Below, one piece after another: positions 40,028 through 50,021 of a stretch of DNA of 64,000 nucleotides (the first letter of the stretch is position 1; the number at the start of each line of letters is the position of its first letter). Source of the DNA: Candidatus Desulfovibrio kirbyi. Its GTDB lineage: Bacteria > Desulfobacterota > Desulfovibrionia > Desulfovibrionales > Desulfovibrionaceae. Location: positions 11,712 through 75,711 of the forward strand of contig BLLL01000012.1 in NCBI GenBank assembly GCA_013374015.1. Reading direction: 5' to 3'. A program made the position numbers and the translations under genes. The notes beneath the pieces were generated by a model. The model saw only the letters and a list, made by a program, of their open reading frames with translations. It ran no database searches and was not told the DNA's origin.

Positions 40028-40459
40028 TTATTCCTGAGTAAATCTGTAAAGTCGTACAGCCACAGGCTGAATATTGTTTCTGCTCATGGCCGACACCACA
40101 AAGGCATAGTCCCTGCTTGTGCCGGACGGCGGGCAGGGGCCGCGGTAATACTTTGTCAGCGCTCCTTCAGGGATAATGCCGGAATTGTCGTTTTTCCAGT
40201 CACCGCCACCGAGAAAACGCTCTTCTTCGCCATATTCTATAAGGTGCACATCAAAATATTCTATGCCTGAAGGCACGCCATTCAAGACGATTTCAGGGGA
40301 TATGCGCGAACAGCGGTGTACATCCTGCAAGGTCACAGAAACGGACATTGTGTTTGAGTCGGAGTCTGGAACGCTATCCGCGCATGCTGTCAAACACAAG
40401 GGCATCCACACCAAGGAAAATGTCACGCGCATATAATGCGTTATTTTTTTTGTGTCCAT
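40028..40459 (-). CDS. PEBP (YbhB/YbcL)-like lipoprotein
   Basis: Has the lipobox LCLTAC. ISPEIVLNGVPSG and YYRGPCPPSG..RDYAFVVSAM resemble the PEBP motifs SP.L.W.G.P.G and Y.GP.PP.G.HRY.F..YAL. Confidence 0.45.
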   Translation of the reverse strand: MDTKKITHYMRVTFSLVWMPLCLTACADSVPDSDSNTMSVSVTLQDVHRCSRISPEIVLNGVPSGIEYFDVHLIEYGEEERFLGGGDWKNDNSGIIPEGALTKYYRGPCPPSGTSRDYAFVVSAMSRNNIQPVAVRLYRFTQE

Positions 40460-40548
40460 TGCATTCCTCCAGAAAAAAATTCATGGTTCTTGTGTTCAGA
40501 ATCTATACGTAATAGTTGAGACAAAGACAACAGAAATCAGGAGCGACT

Positions 40549-41733
40549 ATGACAATTCTTGCCAAGGGCGTCAGCGCGTATGTTGAAAAAACATCATGGA
40601 TACGCCGCATGTTTGAGGCGGGCGGGCGGCTCAAGGAGCAGTACGGCACGCAAAACGTCTGCGACTTCAGCCTGGGCAACCCGGACCTTCCCGCGCCGCG
40701 TGCCGTTGCGCGTGCCTTGCGCACCTTTGCGGAACACGCTGAAGAACCTTTTGCGTTCGGTTATATGCCGAACAACGGCTTTGCCTGGGCGCGTAAAAAA
40801 CTGGCCGCGTATTTGAGCGTGGAACAGGGCGTTGCCCTGGGGGCTGACGATGTACTGTTAAGTTGCGGCGCGGCCGGCGGGATAAACGCATTTTTTCGCG
40901 CCGTGCTCAATCCGGGCGACGAAGTTGTGAGTTTTGCCCCATATTTTGTGGAATACGGGTTTTACACGGAAAACCACGGCGGCGTATTCAAGGCCGTTGC
41001 CAGCAAAAAAGACACGTTTGCCCCGGATATCATCGGGCTTGAAAAAGCCCTCGGTCCCAAAACCCGTGTTGTGCTGATCAATTCACCCAACAATCCGACA
41101 GGTGTGGTATACAGCGGCAAGGACATCGCGACTCTGGCCGGCATGCTGGAAGGAAAGAGCCTGGAATACGGGAATCCTGTCTGGCTTGTGTCGGACGAGC
41201 CTTACCGTTTTCTCACTTACGACGGCGTACGCACACCGCCTGTTTTGCCGCTGTATCCCTTTGCTGTGTGCATAGGCTCTTTTTCAAAAAATCTTTCCTT
41301 GCCCGGAGAGCGGATCGGGTATGTGGCCATTGCGCCGCATCTTCAGCAAAAGGCCAAACTGATGGCAGGGTTGACGCTGACGAACCGTATTCTGGGATTT
41401 GTCAATCCGCCGGTTGTCGGCCAGCATCTCATGGCGGCCGCGCTGGAAAGCCATGTGGACATTTCCGTTTACGCGGCGCGGCGCCAAGCAATGGCGGAAA
41501 CGCTGGCGGGCTATGACTTCCAGATGCCAATGGGCGCGTTTTACTTTTTCCCAAAAGCTCCGGGAGGCAATGATATCGCCTTTGTCAACAGGCTGCTTGA
41601 AGAAAAGATACTTGGCGTGCCGGGCACGGGCTTCGGCTGTCCGGGCTACTTTCGGCTGGCGTTCTGTGTGGATGAAAGCGTTATCCGCAAAGCCGGAGAG
41701 GGCTTTGCCAGAGCGCGTGCGGCTTTTGCATAA
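40549..41733 (+). CDS. class I/II PLP-dependent aminotransferase (AspC/AlaT-like)
   Basis: Contains NSPNNPTG and the PLP-lysine motif SFSKNLSLPGERIGY. The start was trimmed to ATG 40549 behind CAGGAG. Confidence 0.85.
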   Translation: MTILAKGVSAYVEKTSWIRRMFEAGGRLKEQYGTQNVCDFSLGNPDLPAPRAVARALRTFAEHAEEPFAFGYMPNNGFAWARKKLAAYLSVEQGVALGADDVLLSCGAAGGINAFFRAVLNPGDEVVSFAPYFVEYGFYTENHGGVFKAVASKKDTFAPDIIGLEKALGPKTRVVLINSPNNPTGVVYSGKDIATLAGMLEGKSLEYGNPVWLVSDEPYRFLTYDGVRTPPVLPLYPFAVCIGSFSKNLSLPGERIGYVAIAPHLQQKAKLMAGLTLTNRILGFVNPPVVGQHLMAAALESHVDISVYAARRQAMAETLAGYDFQMPMGAFYFFPKAPGGNDIAFVNRLLEEKILGVPGTGFGCPGYFRLAFCVDESVIRKAGEGFARARAAFA

Positions 41734-41888
41734 GAGGGTTTCACAAAGAAGGGCGCTTATCTCGCTTCCGGCATTCTCAGCCTTGGGAAAGGCGAATTTT
41801 CTATAAAAACCGTTTCGCTAACGAAAGAGCCAATTCACTCCATAGGTAGATTTACTACCATGCCTGATTAGGATATTGGGTCTGCGCA

Positions 41889-42347
41889 TTATGATACTCC
41901 TTTGCCGGCTACGCGGCACTCCGCGCACATGCCGTAGAGATGGTGCACGTGCCCGCTCAGGGTGAACCCGTGCGCCCGCGCCATCTCCCGCTGAAGTTTT
42001 TCAATGCGCTGGTCAAAAATTTCCTGCACCTTGCCGCAGCGCAGGCACACAATATGGTCGTGGTGGCTGTTTGTCCTAGCCACCTCATACCGGGCTATGC
42101 CGTCGCTAAAATGGATTTCCGTCGCAAGGCCGGCTTCGCAGAGCAGCTTCAGGGTGCGGTAGACGGTTGTCTGCCCGATGCCGGGGTCAACGGTGAGAAT
42201 GTGTTGATAAAATTCTTCCAGCGAATGGTGCCCGGAAAGTCCGAAAAAAGCGGCGGCAATGGCGCGGCGTTGGGACGTCACGCTCAGCCCCGCGCGCGCC
42301 ATGAAGTCCAGAAAGTCTTTCTGGGCAATGTCCTGCTGCTCTGTCAT
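41889..42347 (-). CDS. Fur-family metalloregulator (Fur/Zur/PerR type not resolved)
   Basis: Has a winged-helix N-terminus, HHDHIVCLRCGKV and a C-terminal CAEC. The start could be ATG 42347 or GTG 42356. Confidence 0.85.
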   Translation of the reverse strand: MTEQQDIAQKDFLDFMARAGLSVTSQRRAIAAAFFGLSGHHSLEEFYQHILTVDPGIGQTTVYRTLKLLCEAGLATEIHFSDGIARYEVARTNSHHDHIVCLRCGKVQEIFDQRIEKLQREMARAHGFTLSGHVHHLYGMCAECRVAGKGVS

Positions 42348-42665
42348 CACTCTCACCCTGTTGTTTTCCGTTCCGAAGCAAAAAACAGCGCGTTTTTACT
42401 TCAAAAATGCCGTTACAGCCCCCGCACCATTTTTACCGAGCAAAACTTACCGCACATGGCCCAGACTTCTTCGCTTTTGTGGTCTTTTCTGCGTTCGCAC
42501 ACGCGCGAAGGGTCAAGCCTCTCTTCGGTGGTCAGCGCAGGCAGACGCGCGTCAAACAGATCGCGCAGGGCGGCGTTGCGGGAAAGACAGACCATCCGCC
42601 CTTTTACAGACAATTTCAAAAAAAGTACAGCTTGCCATCGCGGACTCTCCGGGCTACACAGAATC

Positions 42666-44030
42666 ATGCAATCCAACAAAGTGTTCAGTCCGCTCACATG
42701 GCCTGTCATTTCCTTTTTCGCGGCCATCTTTTTGGGCACGCTGCTGCTCTGTCTGCCGAAATGCGCGCCGCCTGGCACGGAAATATCCCTCATTGACGCC
42801 TGTTTTCTGTCCGCCTCAGCCGTGTGCGTCACCGGCCTCACGCCCCTCAACATAAGCGCGGCGCTCACGCCCTTTGGGCAGGGGGTGCTACTTTTTCTCA
42901 TCCAGCTCGGCGGCCTTGGGGTTATGACCTACACCTGCCTTGTCTTTCTGCTCTGGAGCCGGCATGTGCCCTTTACAAGCCGCGAGGCCGTAGGGCAAAT
43001 GCTGCTTGGCAGTGAATTCAACCTCAAAACCTTCCTGCGCCAGATTGTGGGGCTGGTGTTCGGCATCGAGGCGGTGGCGGCCATACTGCTCCATCTGCAT
43101 GATCCAGTGGCCTTTCACCCGTTCAGCGCAGTGTTCCACGCCGTTTCCGCCTTCTGCAACGCCGGATTCAGCCTGAATGCCGACAGCCTCATGGGCTTTC
43201 GGGACGACGTTGTGGTGAACAGCATCATCACGGCCTCTGTTTTTTTGGGAGGAATCGGCTTTGCCGTGCTGCGCGAAACCCTGGGCCTGCTCAGCGGCGG
43301 GCGGATGGGCGCGCCGGTTACGTGCTTCAGCCGGTTCAGCCGCCTTGTCGTCAAGACAAGCATTTTTCTGATTCTGACCGGGTCCAGCCTAGTTTTCTGC
43401 TTGGAATTTCTCCGTAGCGGCAACGAGCACACCCTTGGGCAGGGGTTTGATCTGGCCATCACCGCGTTTTTTCAGTCCGTCGTGGCGCGCACCGCCGGCT
43501 TCAACACGGTAAACGTAGCCGCATTGAGCGAGGCGACACTGCTGGTATACATGGCGCTTATGTTCATCGGCGGCGCGCCCGGCTCGTGCGCCGGCGGCAT
43601 CAATGTGGTGACCTTCCGCGTGCTGGCGGGATACATCGCGGCGCAGTTTCGCGGCGACAGGGAAATCGTGCTGGAGGAACGCAGCGTGCCCAGAAGCAAC
43701 GTGACGCGCGCCCTGACGCTGTTTTTTCTCTATACCACGCTGATATCGCTCTCCGTATTCCTGCTGAGCATCACGGAAAACGGCATCCTGCGCGGCGCCG
43801 AACGCGACAGGGTTTCCCTGATGTCCATTCTTTTTGAGGAAATTTCCGCACTCGGCACGGTGGGGCTTTCCGTCGGGCTAACGCCCCTGTTGAGCAGTGA
43901 AGGAAAAGCCGTTATCATTCTCAATATGTTCGCCGGACGCGTTGGTCTGATCAGTCTGCTCATGGCTGTGCAGAGTCTGCGTCCCAAAAAGTTCTATACG
44001 CACGCTGAGGCGCAACTTCCCATAGGTTAG
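42666..44030 (+). CDS. TrkH/KtrB-family K+ transporter membrane subunit
   Basis: Has repeated pore-loop motifs (SAVCVTGL, CNAGFS, RTAGFN, GTVGLSVG). The start was trimmed to ATG 42666. The upstream part of the track ORF is antisense to fur. Confidence 0.85.
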   Translation: MQSNKVFSPLTWPVISFFAAIFLGTLLLCLPKCAPPGTEISLIDACFLSASAVCVTGLTPLNISAALTPFGQGVLLFLIQLGGLGVMTYTCLVFLLWSRHVPFTSREAVGQMLLGSEFNLKTFLRQIVGLVFGIEAVAAILLHLHDPVAFHPFSAVFHAVSAFCNAGFSLNADSLMGFRDDVVVNSIITASVFLGGIGFAVLRETLGLLSGGRMGAPVTCFSRFSRLVVKTSIFLILTGSSLVFCLEFLRSGNEHTLGQGFDLAITAFFQSVVARTAGFNTVNVAALSEATLLVYMALMFIGGAPGSCAGGINVVTFRVLAGYIAAQFRGDREIVLEERSVPRSNVTRALTLFFLYTTLISLSVFLLSITENGILRGAERDRVSLMSILFEEISALGTVGLSVGLTPLLSSEGKAVIILNMFAGRVGLISLLMAVQSLRPKKFYTHAEAQLPIG

Positions 44031-44043
44031 CGGAGGCAAAAAC

Positions 44044-44703
44044 ATGTCTGAAAAAAAATTGGAAATCGGCGTTATTGGCCTCGGCAAATTCGGCCTGTGC
44101 ATGGCCACCACGCTTGTCTCGCTGGGGCATACGGTGATCGGCATCGACATGAGCGATGCGCGGGTGCAACTGGCTGAAGAAAGCCTGACCTCGGTGTACA
44201 AGGCAGATGCTACCAACATCAGCGTGCTGCGCTCCCTGCGCGTGCAGGACATGGAATGGGCGGTGGTCAGTGTCGGCAGCAGCGTGGAGCAGTCTTTGAG
44301 CATCACGCTCAATATTCAGGAGCTGAACGGCCCAAAAATATGGGTCAAGGCTTCCAATGAGGAGCACCGCAAAATCCTGCACCGCCTGCGCGTGCACCGC
44401 ACGGTGCTGCCGGAAATGGAAGCTGCGGTCATGGCCGCCCACCAGCTCGCCAATCCGGGGATGCTTGACCTGATTCCCAAATACGGCGATATCGTCATTC
44501 AGGAGCTGGCAGTGAACGAATGGCACGGCAAAACCTTGGTGGAACTCAATCTCATGTACGCTCACAGCGTCATCGTCATGGGCATACGCAAAAAAGGCGA
44601 GCGCACCTTCACCTTCATCCCGCCGCCCCGCGACGCGCTGCGCGCCGGAGACACCCTGGTTGTGGCAGGCATGGCCGACGCCATACACAACCTGCGCTCA
44701 TAA
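44044..44703 (+). CDS. TrkA/KtrA-family RCK (NAD-binding) regulatory subunit
   Basis: Has a Rossmann motif IGVIGLGKFG plus a TrkA_C domain. Its 219-aa length fits the Ktr type. Confidence 0.85.
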   Translation: MSEKKLEIGVIGLGKFGLCMATTLVSLGHTVIGIDMSDARVQLAEESLTSVYKADATNISVLRSLRVQDMEWAVVSVGSSVEQSLSITLNIQELNGPKIWVKASNEEHRKILHRLRVHRTVLPEMEAAVMAAHQLANPGMLDLIPKYGDIVIQELAVNEWHGKTLVELNLMYAHSVIVMGIRKKGERTFTFIPPPRDALRAGDTLVVAGMADAIHNLRS

Positions 44704-44764
44704 CAGAGTGTATTACTTGCCAAAGCGTCCGCTTGCGTCTATTCTGTACCGTACAGGAGACACT

Positions 44765-45601
44765 ATGCCCACACCGATTTTACACAAGGAAAGCTTGATC
44801 CCCGGAAAAACCAGCAAACTGCTGCTCCACGCGCCGAATATCGCCCAAAAAGCGCGCCCCGGGCATTTTGTCATGCTGCGCATGCACGCGAAGGGCGAAC
44901 GAATCCCCCTGACCATCGCGGACGCCGACCCAAAAAACGGGACGCTCACCATTGTCTATCTGGTGATGGGTAAAAGTACGACGTTGCTGGAAGCCCTCAA
45001 GGTCGGCGATGAAATTCAGGATGTCTGCGGCCCACTCGGTCAGCCGACGCGCATTGAAAAAGAGGGCAACGTCGTCTGTGTGGGCGGAGGCACGGGCATA
45101 GCCGCCATGCACCACATCGCCAAGGGGCACGCCCGCGCCGGCAACTGCGTTGTCTCCATAATCGGCGCGCGCAGCAGGGAGCTGCTGCTCTTTGAAAAAG
45201 AGCTTTCCGCCTTTGTCCACGAGCTGCTCGTCACCACGGACGACGGCAGTTATGGCCGCAAGGGCATTGTGACAGAGGTGCTGCGCGACCGCCTGGCAAA
45301 CGACCCCGGCATATCCGAGGTCGTGGCCGTTGGGCCTGTGCCCATGATGGCCGCCGTGGCCGAAACCACGCGCCCCTTCGACGTGCGGACAACCGTCAGC
45401 CTCAATCCGGTTATGGTGGACGGCATCGGCATGTGCGGCGCATGCCGCGTGACCGTTGACGGAAAAACAAAATTCGCCTGTGTGGACGGGCCGGAATTTG
45501 ACGGACACGCGGTGGATTTCACAGAGCTGTGCCGCCGCCTGACCGCCTACCGCGAACAGGAAAAACATTCTCTGGAACTGCACGAAAAGACGCGCTCATG
45601 A
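44765..45601 (+). CDS. NfnA/SudB-type FAD/NAD(P)-binding oxidoreductase subunit with C-terminal 2Fe-2S motif
   Basis: Has an FNR-like fold (RIPLTIAD, GGGTGIAAM) and the Cys cluster CGACRV...CVDGP. The start was trimmed to ATG 44765. Confidence 0.7.
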   Translation: MPTPILHKESLIPGKTSKLLLHAPNIAQKARPGHFVMLRMHAKGERIPLTIADADPKNGTLTIVYLVMGKSTTLLEALKVGDEIQDVCGPLGQPTRIEKEGNVVCVGGGTGIAAMHHIAKGHARAGNCVVSIIGARSRELLLFEKELSAFVHELLVTTDDGSYGRKGIVTEVLRDRLANDPGISEVVAVGPVPMMAAVAETTRPFDVRTTVSLNPVMVDGIGMCGACRVTVDGKTKFACVDGPEFDGHAVDFTELCRRLTAYREQEKHSLELHEKTRS

Positions 45602-46995
45602 ATACGAACAAAAAGAACTCAAAAACAGCCCCCAGAGTGGACATGCCCTGTCAGCCGCCGGACAGGCGGCGTACGAATTTTGAAGAAGTCGCCCTTGGCT
45701 ACACGCAAGAGATGTCCATGCGAGAGGCCGCGCGCTGCCTGCGCTGCAAAAAGCCGCTCTGCTTCACAGGCTGTCCGGTGGAAGTGCCCATCCGCGAATT
45801 TATCGGCCACCTTGCAAACGGCGACACAGCCGCTGCCTACGCCATCATAAAATCCGCCAACAGCCTGCCGGCCGTGTGCGGCCGCGTTTGCCCGCAGGAA
45901 AACCAGTGCGAGGGCAAATGCGTGCTGAAGGCCAAAGGCCGCCCCGTCGCCATCGGCCACCTGGAGCGTTTCGCTGCGGACGCTTGCTTGTCAACCGCGC
46001 CCGAGCCGCGCCCGGCAAAAACCGGCGGCAAAAAAGTGGCCTGTATCGGCGCAGGCCCTGCCTCTCTGACCTGCGCGGGCATTTGCGCGAACGCCGGTCT
46101 TGAAACAGATGTTTTTGAAGCCCTGCACGAGCCGGGCGGGGTGCTTGTGTACGGCATTCCGGCGTTCAGGCTGCCGAAGACCGTTGTGGCTGCGGAGATC
46201 GACGGCCTGCGCAGGGCCGGCGTGCGTTTTCACCTCAACTATGTGGGCGGCGCAACCGTGACCATTGAGGAACTGCGCAAAAGCCACGACGCCGTCTTTA
46301 TCGGCGCCGGCGCGGGACTGCCGAATTTCGCGAATGTACCCGGCGAAAACCTGCTGGGCGTCTGTTCCGCGAACGAATACCTGACGCGCGCCAACCTGGG
46401 ACACGCCCACGACTTCCCCAACCACGACACCCCGATCTGGCCGGGCAAACACGTCACGGTGTTCGGCGCGGGCAATGTGGCAATGGACGCCGCGCGCACG
46501 GCGTTGCGCATGGGGGCGGAAAGCGTGCGCGTTGTCTACAGGCGCACCCGTGATGAAATGCCCGCCCGCCATGAGGAAATCGAACACGCCGAGGAAGAGG
46601 GGGTACGCTTCACCCTGCTGTCCGCGCCGCTGCGCTTTGACGGCGACGACGATTTCCGCCTTGTTTCCGTGACGCTTCAGGCAATGAAACTTGGGGAACC
46701 CGACAGTTCGGGACGCCGCGCGTCTGTTCCCGTCAGCGGTAAAACTAGCGTCCTGCCGACCGATCTGGCCATTATCGCTCTGGGTACACGCGCAAATCCC
46801 CTGCTGCTCGCGGCAACACCCGACCTCACGCTCACGCGGCGCGGCTATATCAAAATCAACGAAGAAACCGGCGAAACGTCGCTGCCCAACGTGTTTGCCG
46901 GCGGCGACATTGTGACCGGGGCGGCGACTGTGATTCTGGCGATGGGGGCGGGGCGTCTGGCCGGGCAGGAAATCCGCGCCCGCTTCGCCCGCTGA
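45598..46995 (+). CDS. NfnB/SudA/GltD-type NADPH-dependent oxidoreductase (glutamate synthase small-chain family)
   Basis: Has N-terminal Fe-S Cys motifs (CLRCKKPLCFTGCP, CGRVCPQENQCEGKC) and two dinucleotide folds (CIGAGPASL, VFGAGNVAMD). Its ATG overlaps the upstream TGA. Confidence 0.75.
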   Translation: MNTNKKNSKTAPRVDMPCQPPDRRRTNFEEVALGYTQEMSMREAARCLRCKKPLCFTGCPVEVPIREFIGHLANGDTAAAYAIIKSANSLPAVCGRVCPQENQCEGKCVLKAKGRPVAIGHLERFAADACLSTAPEPRPAKTGGKKVACIGAGPASLTCAGICANAGLETDVFEALHEPGGVLVYGIPAFRLPKTVVAAEIDGLRRAGVRFHLNYVGGATVTIEELRKSHDAVFIGAGAGLPNFANVPGENLLGVCSANEYLTRANLGHAHDFPNHDTPIWPGKHVTVFGAGNVAMDAARTALRMGAESVRVVYRRTRDEMPARHEEIEHAEEEGVRFTLLSAPLRFDGDDDFRLVSVTLQAMKLGEPDSSGRRASVPVSGKTSVLPTDLAIIALGTRANPLLLAATPDLTLTRRGYIKINEETGETSLPNVFAGGDIVTGAATVILAMGAGRLAGQEIRARFAR

Positions 46996-47005
46996 GACCA
47001 AAAAT

Positions 47006-47854
47006 ATGATTCGCGCTGATATTCACACCCACACCCTTTACTCACACGGACTTTCCACGCCGCGCGCTCTGTACGTTGCGGCGCTGGAAAAGGGTCTTGA
47101 ATTTCTGGGCTTTGCAGAGCATTCGCCGCGTCCGGCAGGCTTTGACTACACCAACGAGTACAGGGAGCATCTCACAGCCCATCTGCCGGACTACGCGCGC
47201 GAAGTCGCCCGGCTCAAGGCCGCGCCGCAAACCGGAAAAAATGGCCCCTGCCGCGTGCTGTTCGGCATGGAAATGGACTGGCTGGACGGGCAGGAGGACT
47301 TTACCCGCGCCGCCTGCCGCGCCTTTGATTTTGACTATCTGCTGGGCAGCGTGCATTTTATCGGGCGCTGGGGCTACGACGACAACACGCAAAAAACATG
47401 GGGCGACTTTTCCCAGGAGGAGTGCGAACACTACTACCTGGCCTATTTCACGGCCTGGGAGGCGATGCTGCGCTCACAGCTCTTCAACGTGGCCGCACAT
47501 CCGGACCTGATCAAGATATATTCCGTTGAACAGTTTCATACATGGCTTCTCAAACCGCAAAGCCGCGCTGTGGTCAAACACGCCCTGACCGCCCTGCGCG
47601 ATTCCGGCATGAGCATGGAACTGTCTTCAGCCGGCCTGCGCAAAGCCTGCCGCGAGATATATCCGGCCCCGCCCGTCATGGCGCTAGCAGCGGAACTTGC
47701 CCTGCCCATTTCCTTCGCCTCGGACGCGCACTGCGACAAGGATGTGGCTGCGGGCTTTGCCCGGCTTGCTTCCTACGCTTTGTCCTTCGGCTTCCGGGAA
47801 TACGTTGTCTTTGAAAAAGGGCGTGGCGTTCCCTACCCCCTGAATACACTATAA
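47006..47854 (+). CDS. PHP-family histidinol-phosphatase-like protein
   Basis: DIHTHTLYSHG at the N-terminus, with EHSPR and SDAH motifs, is typical of HisJ/PHP phosphoesterases. Confidence 0.75.
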   Translation: MIRADIHTHTLYSHGLSTPRALYVAALEKGLEFLGFAEHSPRPAGFDYTNEYREHLTAHLPDYAREVARLKAAPQTGKNGPCRVLFGMEMDWLDGQEDFTRAACRAFDFDYLLGSVHFIGRWGYDDNTQKTWGDFSQEECEHYYLAYFTAWEAMLRSQLFNVAAHPDLIKIYSVEQFHTWLLKPQSRAVVKHALTALRDSGMSMELSSAGLRKACREIYPAPPVMALAAELALPISFASDAHCDKDVAAGFARLASYALSFGFREYVVFEKGRGVPYPLNTL

Positions 47855-47873
47855 CATACTGGTATAAATAATT

Positions 47874-49343
47874 TTGTCAGAAATTTCTCTGGTCACTGTC
47901 GATAACGTCAGCCTGTGTTTGCCGGGCGTTGCGTTGCCCGTTTTGCGCGACATCGCCTGGCGGATCGAACGCGGACGGCACTGCGCGCTCACCGGGGGCA
48001 ACGGCGCAGGCAAATCCACGCTGCTGCGCCTTTTGCGCGGCGACGTATGGCCGGCGACCGGAACCGTTTGCTGGCACACCGAAGAAGGCGCGGAAACTTC
48101 CCGCTTGGCAGGCCGCACCATGACTGCCCTGGTTTCTCCGGCACAGCAGGAACAGTACCAGCGGCAGGCATGGGACATCACAGGCCGGGAACTGCTACTT
48201 ACAGCTTTTGACGACACCCCCCTGCTGTCGCCGCAATCCTGCCGCAGATCTGCGAAATCCGCGCAACACGCCACTGTGGAAGAGATGGCCGCGCGGCTGC
48301 GCGGCGTCCCTCTGCTTGAGCGCAGGCTTTCCACATTTTCCCAGGGACAGTTGCGCCTTTTGCTGCTGGGACGCGCGCTTTTGCGCAAACCGCCCCTGCT
48401 GTTGCTGGACGAATGCGCCGAGGGGCTGGACGCGGCGAACGCCCGCCGCTTTTTCACCGCGCTGGAAGACTGTTCCACAAGCTGCACTGTGGTGATGACG
48501 ACACACCGGCAAAAAGGCATCCCCGCCTGGTGCGCGCGGCGGCTGCATATCAACAAGGGGCGGCTTTCAGAACAGGCCGCCCCGGCGCACGCCCTCCCCC
48601 GCGACAGACGGCAACAACCCTTGCCGCCGTCACCGCCGGCGCGACAACCGGCCGCCGGCGCGCTGTTTGCACTGGAACACGTGACCGTGTTTGTCAACAG
48701 GAAAAAAGTGTTGCGCGATATCTGCTGGAGCATGCACGAAGGCGAAAACTGGCAGATAACCGGCGCAAACGGCTCCGGCAAATCCACCCTGCTGCGCCTG
48801 CTGGCCGGGGACGAATTTGCAGCCGACGGCGGCAAATTCACCCGCGCGTTTCCAAACACGCTTGCCGATATCCGCAAACGCGTGCGTCTGGTATCCGATC
48901 TGTCCCAGGCGCTGTATGCTTATCCGCTCAACGCCCTTGAGCTTGTGTGCTCCGGATTTGACAACACTGTGGGAATCTACCGCGAATACACAGCGAGGGA
49001 ACGGGCGCAGGCGCTGCAAACAATGGATGAGTTGTGCTGCGCAGCGCTTGCCGAACGCTCCATACGCCTGCTCTCAACCGGCCAGATCCGCCGCCTTTTT
49101 CTGGCAAGGGCGCTGATAGACGCGCCGCGCGTGCTGCTGCTGGACGAACCTTGCGCCGGTCTGGACAGGGCGGGCCGCGAGCGCTATCTGGACATGCTGG
49201 ACGAACTTGCCGACCGGGGGATACAGCTTGTCTTTGTATCCCATCACAAGGAAGACGCCCCTCTGTGCATCAACAGGAGAGCGCGCATGAAAAACGGGCG
49301 GCTTACCGACGATTCCGATTCCGCGCGCGCGCGCCCTCAATAA
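47874..49343 (+). CDS. tandem-ATPase ABC protein without TM domain (ModF-like)
   Basis: Contains two ABC cassettes (GGNGAGKST/LSTFSQGQ/LLLDE and GANGSGKST/LSTGQ/LLLDEP). It starts at TTG. Confidence 0.75.
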   Translation: MSEISLVTVDNVSLCLPGVALPVLRDIAWRIERGRHCALTGGNGAGKSTLLRLLRGDVWPATGTVCWHTEEGAETSRLAGRTMTALVSPAQQEQYQRQAWDITGRELLLTAFDDTPLLSPQSCRRSAKSAQHATVEEMAARLRGVPLLERRLSTFSQGQLRLLLLGRALLRKPPLLLLDECAEGLDAANARRFFTALEDCSTSCTVVMTTHRQKGIPAWCARRLHINKGRLSEQAAPAHALPRDRRQQPLPPSPPARQPAAGALFALEHVTVFVNRKKVLRDICWSMHEGENWQITGANGSGKSTLLRLLAGDEFAADGGKFTRAFPNTLADIRKRVRLVSDLSQALYAYPLNALELVCSGFDNTVGIYREYTARERAQALQTMDELCCAALAERSIRLLSTGQIRRLFLARALIDAPRVLLLDEPCAGLDRAGRERYLDMLDELADRGIQLVFVSHHKEDAPLCINRRARMKNGRLTDDSDSARARPQ

Positions 49344-49944
49344 GCACCGGCAGCACGGATGCCACGACAATGCCGTACACAATCATCGAAAAATTCTCCC
49401 GCACCCAGGGGATGGCGCCCAGAAAATACCCGGCCGAAACAAGCGCGCTCACCCAGAACGCGCAGCCTGTAACGTTGAAAAAAAAGAATGTCGGGGGCAA
49501 CATAAGGGCAACGCCCGCCACAAAGGGCGCAAACGTGCGCACAATAGGCACGAAACGCGCAAGCACGATGGCCTTGCCGCCATGCAGCGCGTAAAAATCA
49601 TGCGCCTTGAGCAGATACGCCTTTTTGATGAAACGGTTTTCACGGGCAAAAACAGCAGGGCCGACATGGCGACCGATAGTATAGTTGACGGCGTCTCCCA
49701 GAACGCCCGCCGCGAACAGTACCAGCATCACTTCGCCGTAGCCCACAAGCCCGACGCCCGACGCGATGCCCGAGGCGAACAACAGCGAATCCCCTGGCAA
49801 AAACGGGGTGACGACAAGGCCGGTTTCACAAAATACCACAACAAACAGAATAGCGTAAACCCAGATACCGTATTTTTCCGCCATTTCAAACAGGTACACA
49901 TCAACGTGCAGGATAAAATCCGCCATCTGTCCCAAAATTTCCAT
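49303..49944 (-). CDS. DedA-family membrane protein
   Basis: The motif VVTPFLPGDSLLFASG and its length are typical of DedA. Its 3' end overlaps the ModF-like gene by 41 nt. Confidence 0.85.
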   Translation of the reverse strand: MEILGQMADFILHVDVYLFEMAEKYGIWVYAILFVVVFCETGLVVTPFLPGDSLLFASGIASGVGLVGYGEVMLVLFAAGVLGDAVNYTIGRHVGPAVFARENRFIKKAYLLKAHDFYALHGGKAIVLARFVPIVRTFAPFVAGVALMLPPTFFFFNVTGCAFWVSALVSAGYFLGAIPWVRENFSMIVYGIVVASVLPVLIEGARARNRNRR

Positions 49945-50021
49945 TCACGCCCCTCTTTGCGCTTACGAAAATACACTGTAACACCTTGTACCGCAAGCCC
50001 GCTTGTGGCACACTGCCGGAC

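Noticed and set aside
42413-42595. A 60-aa minus-strand ORF (MVCLSRNAALRDLF...) upstream of the fur-family gene.
   Set aside because: It has a poor RBS with short spacing and no recognisable motif. It lies in a GC-rich spacer where chance ORFs are common.
41940-42665. An N-terminal 242-aa extension of the TrkH/KtrB ORF overlapping the fur-family gene in antisense.
   Set aside because: Transporter homology and the first TM helix begin at MQSNKVFSPLTWPV (ATG 42666). The extension is antisense to a solid Fur-family gene.
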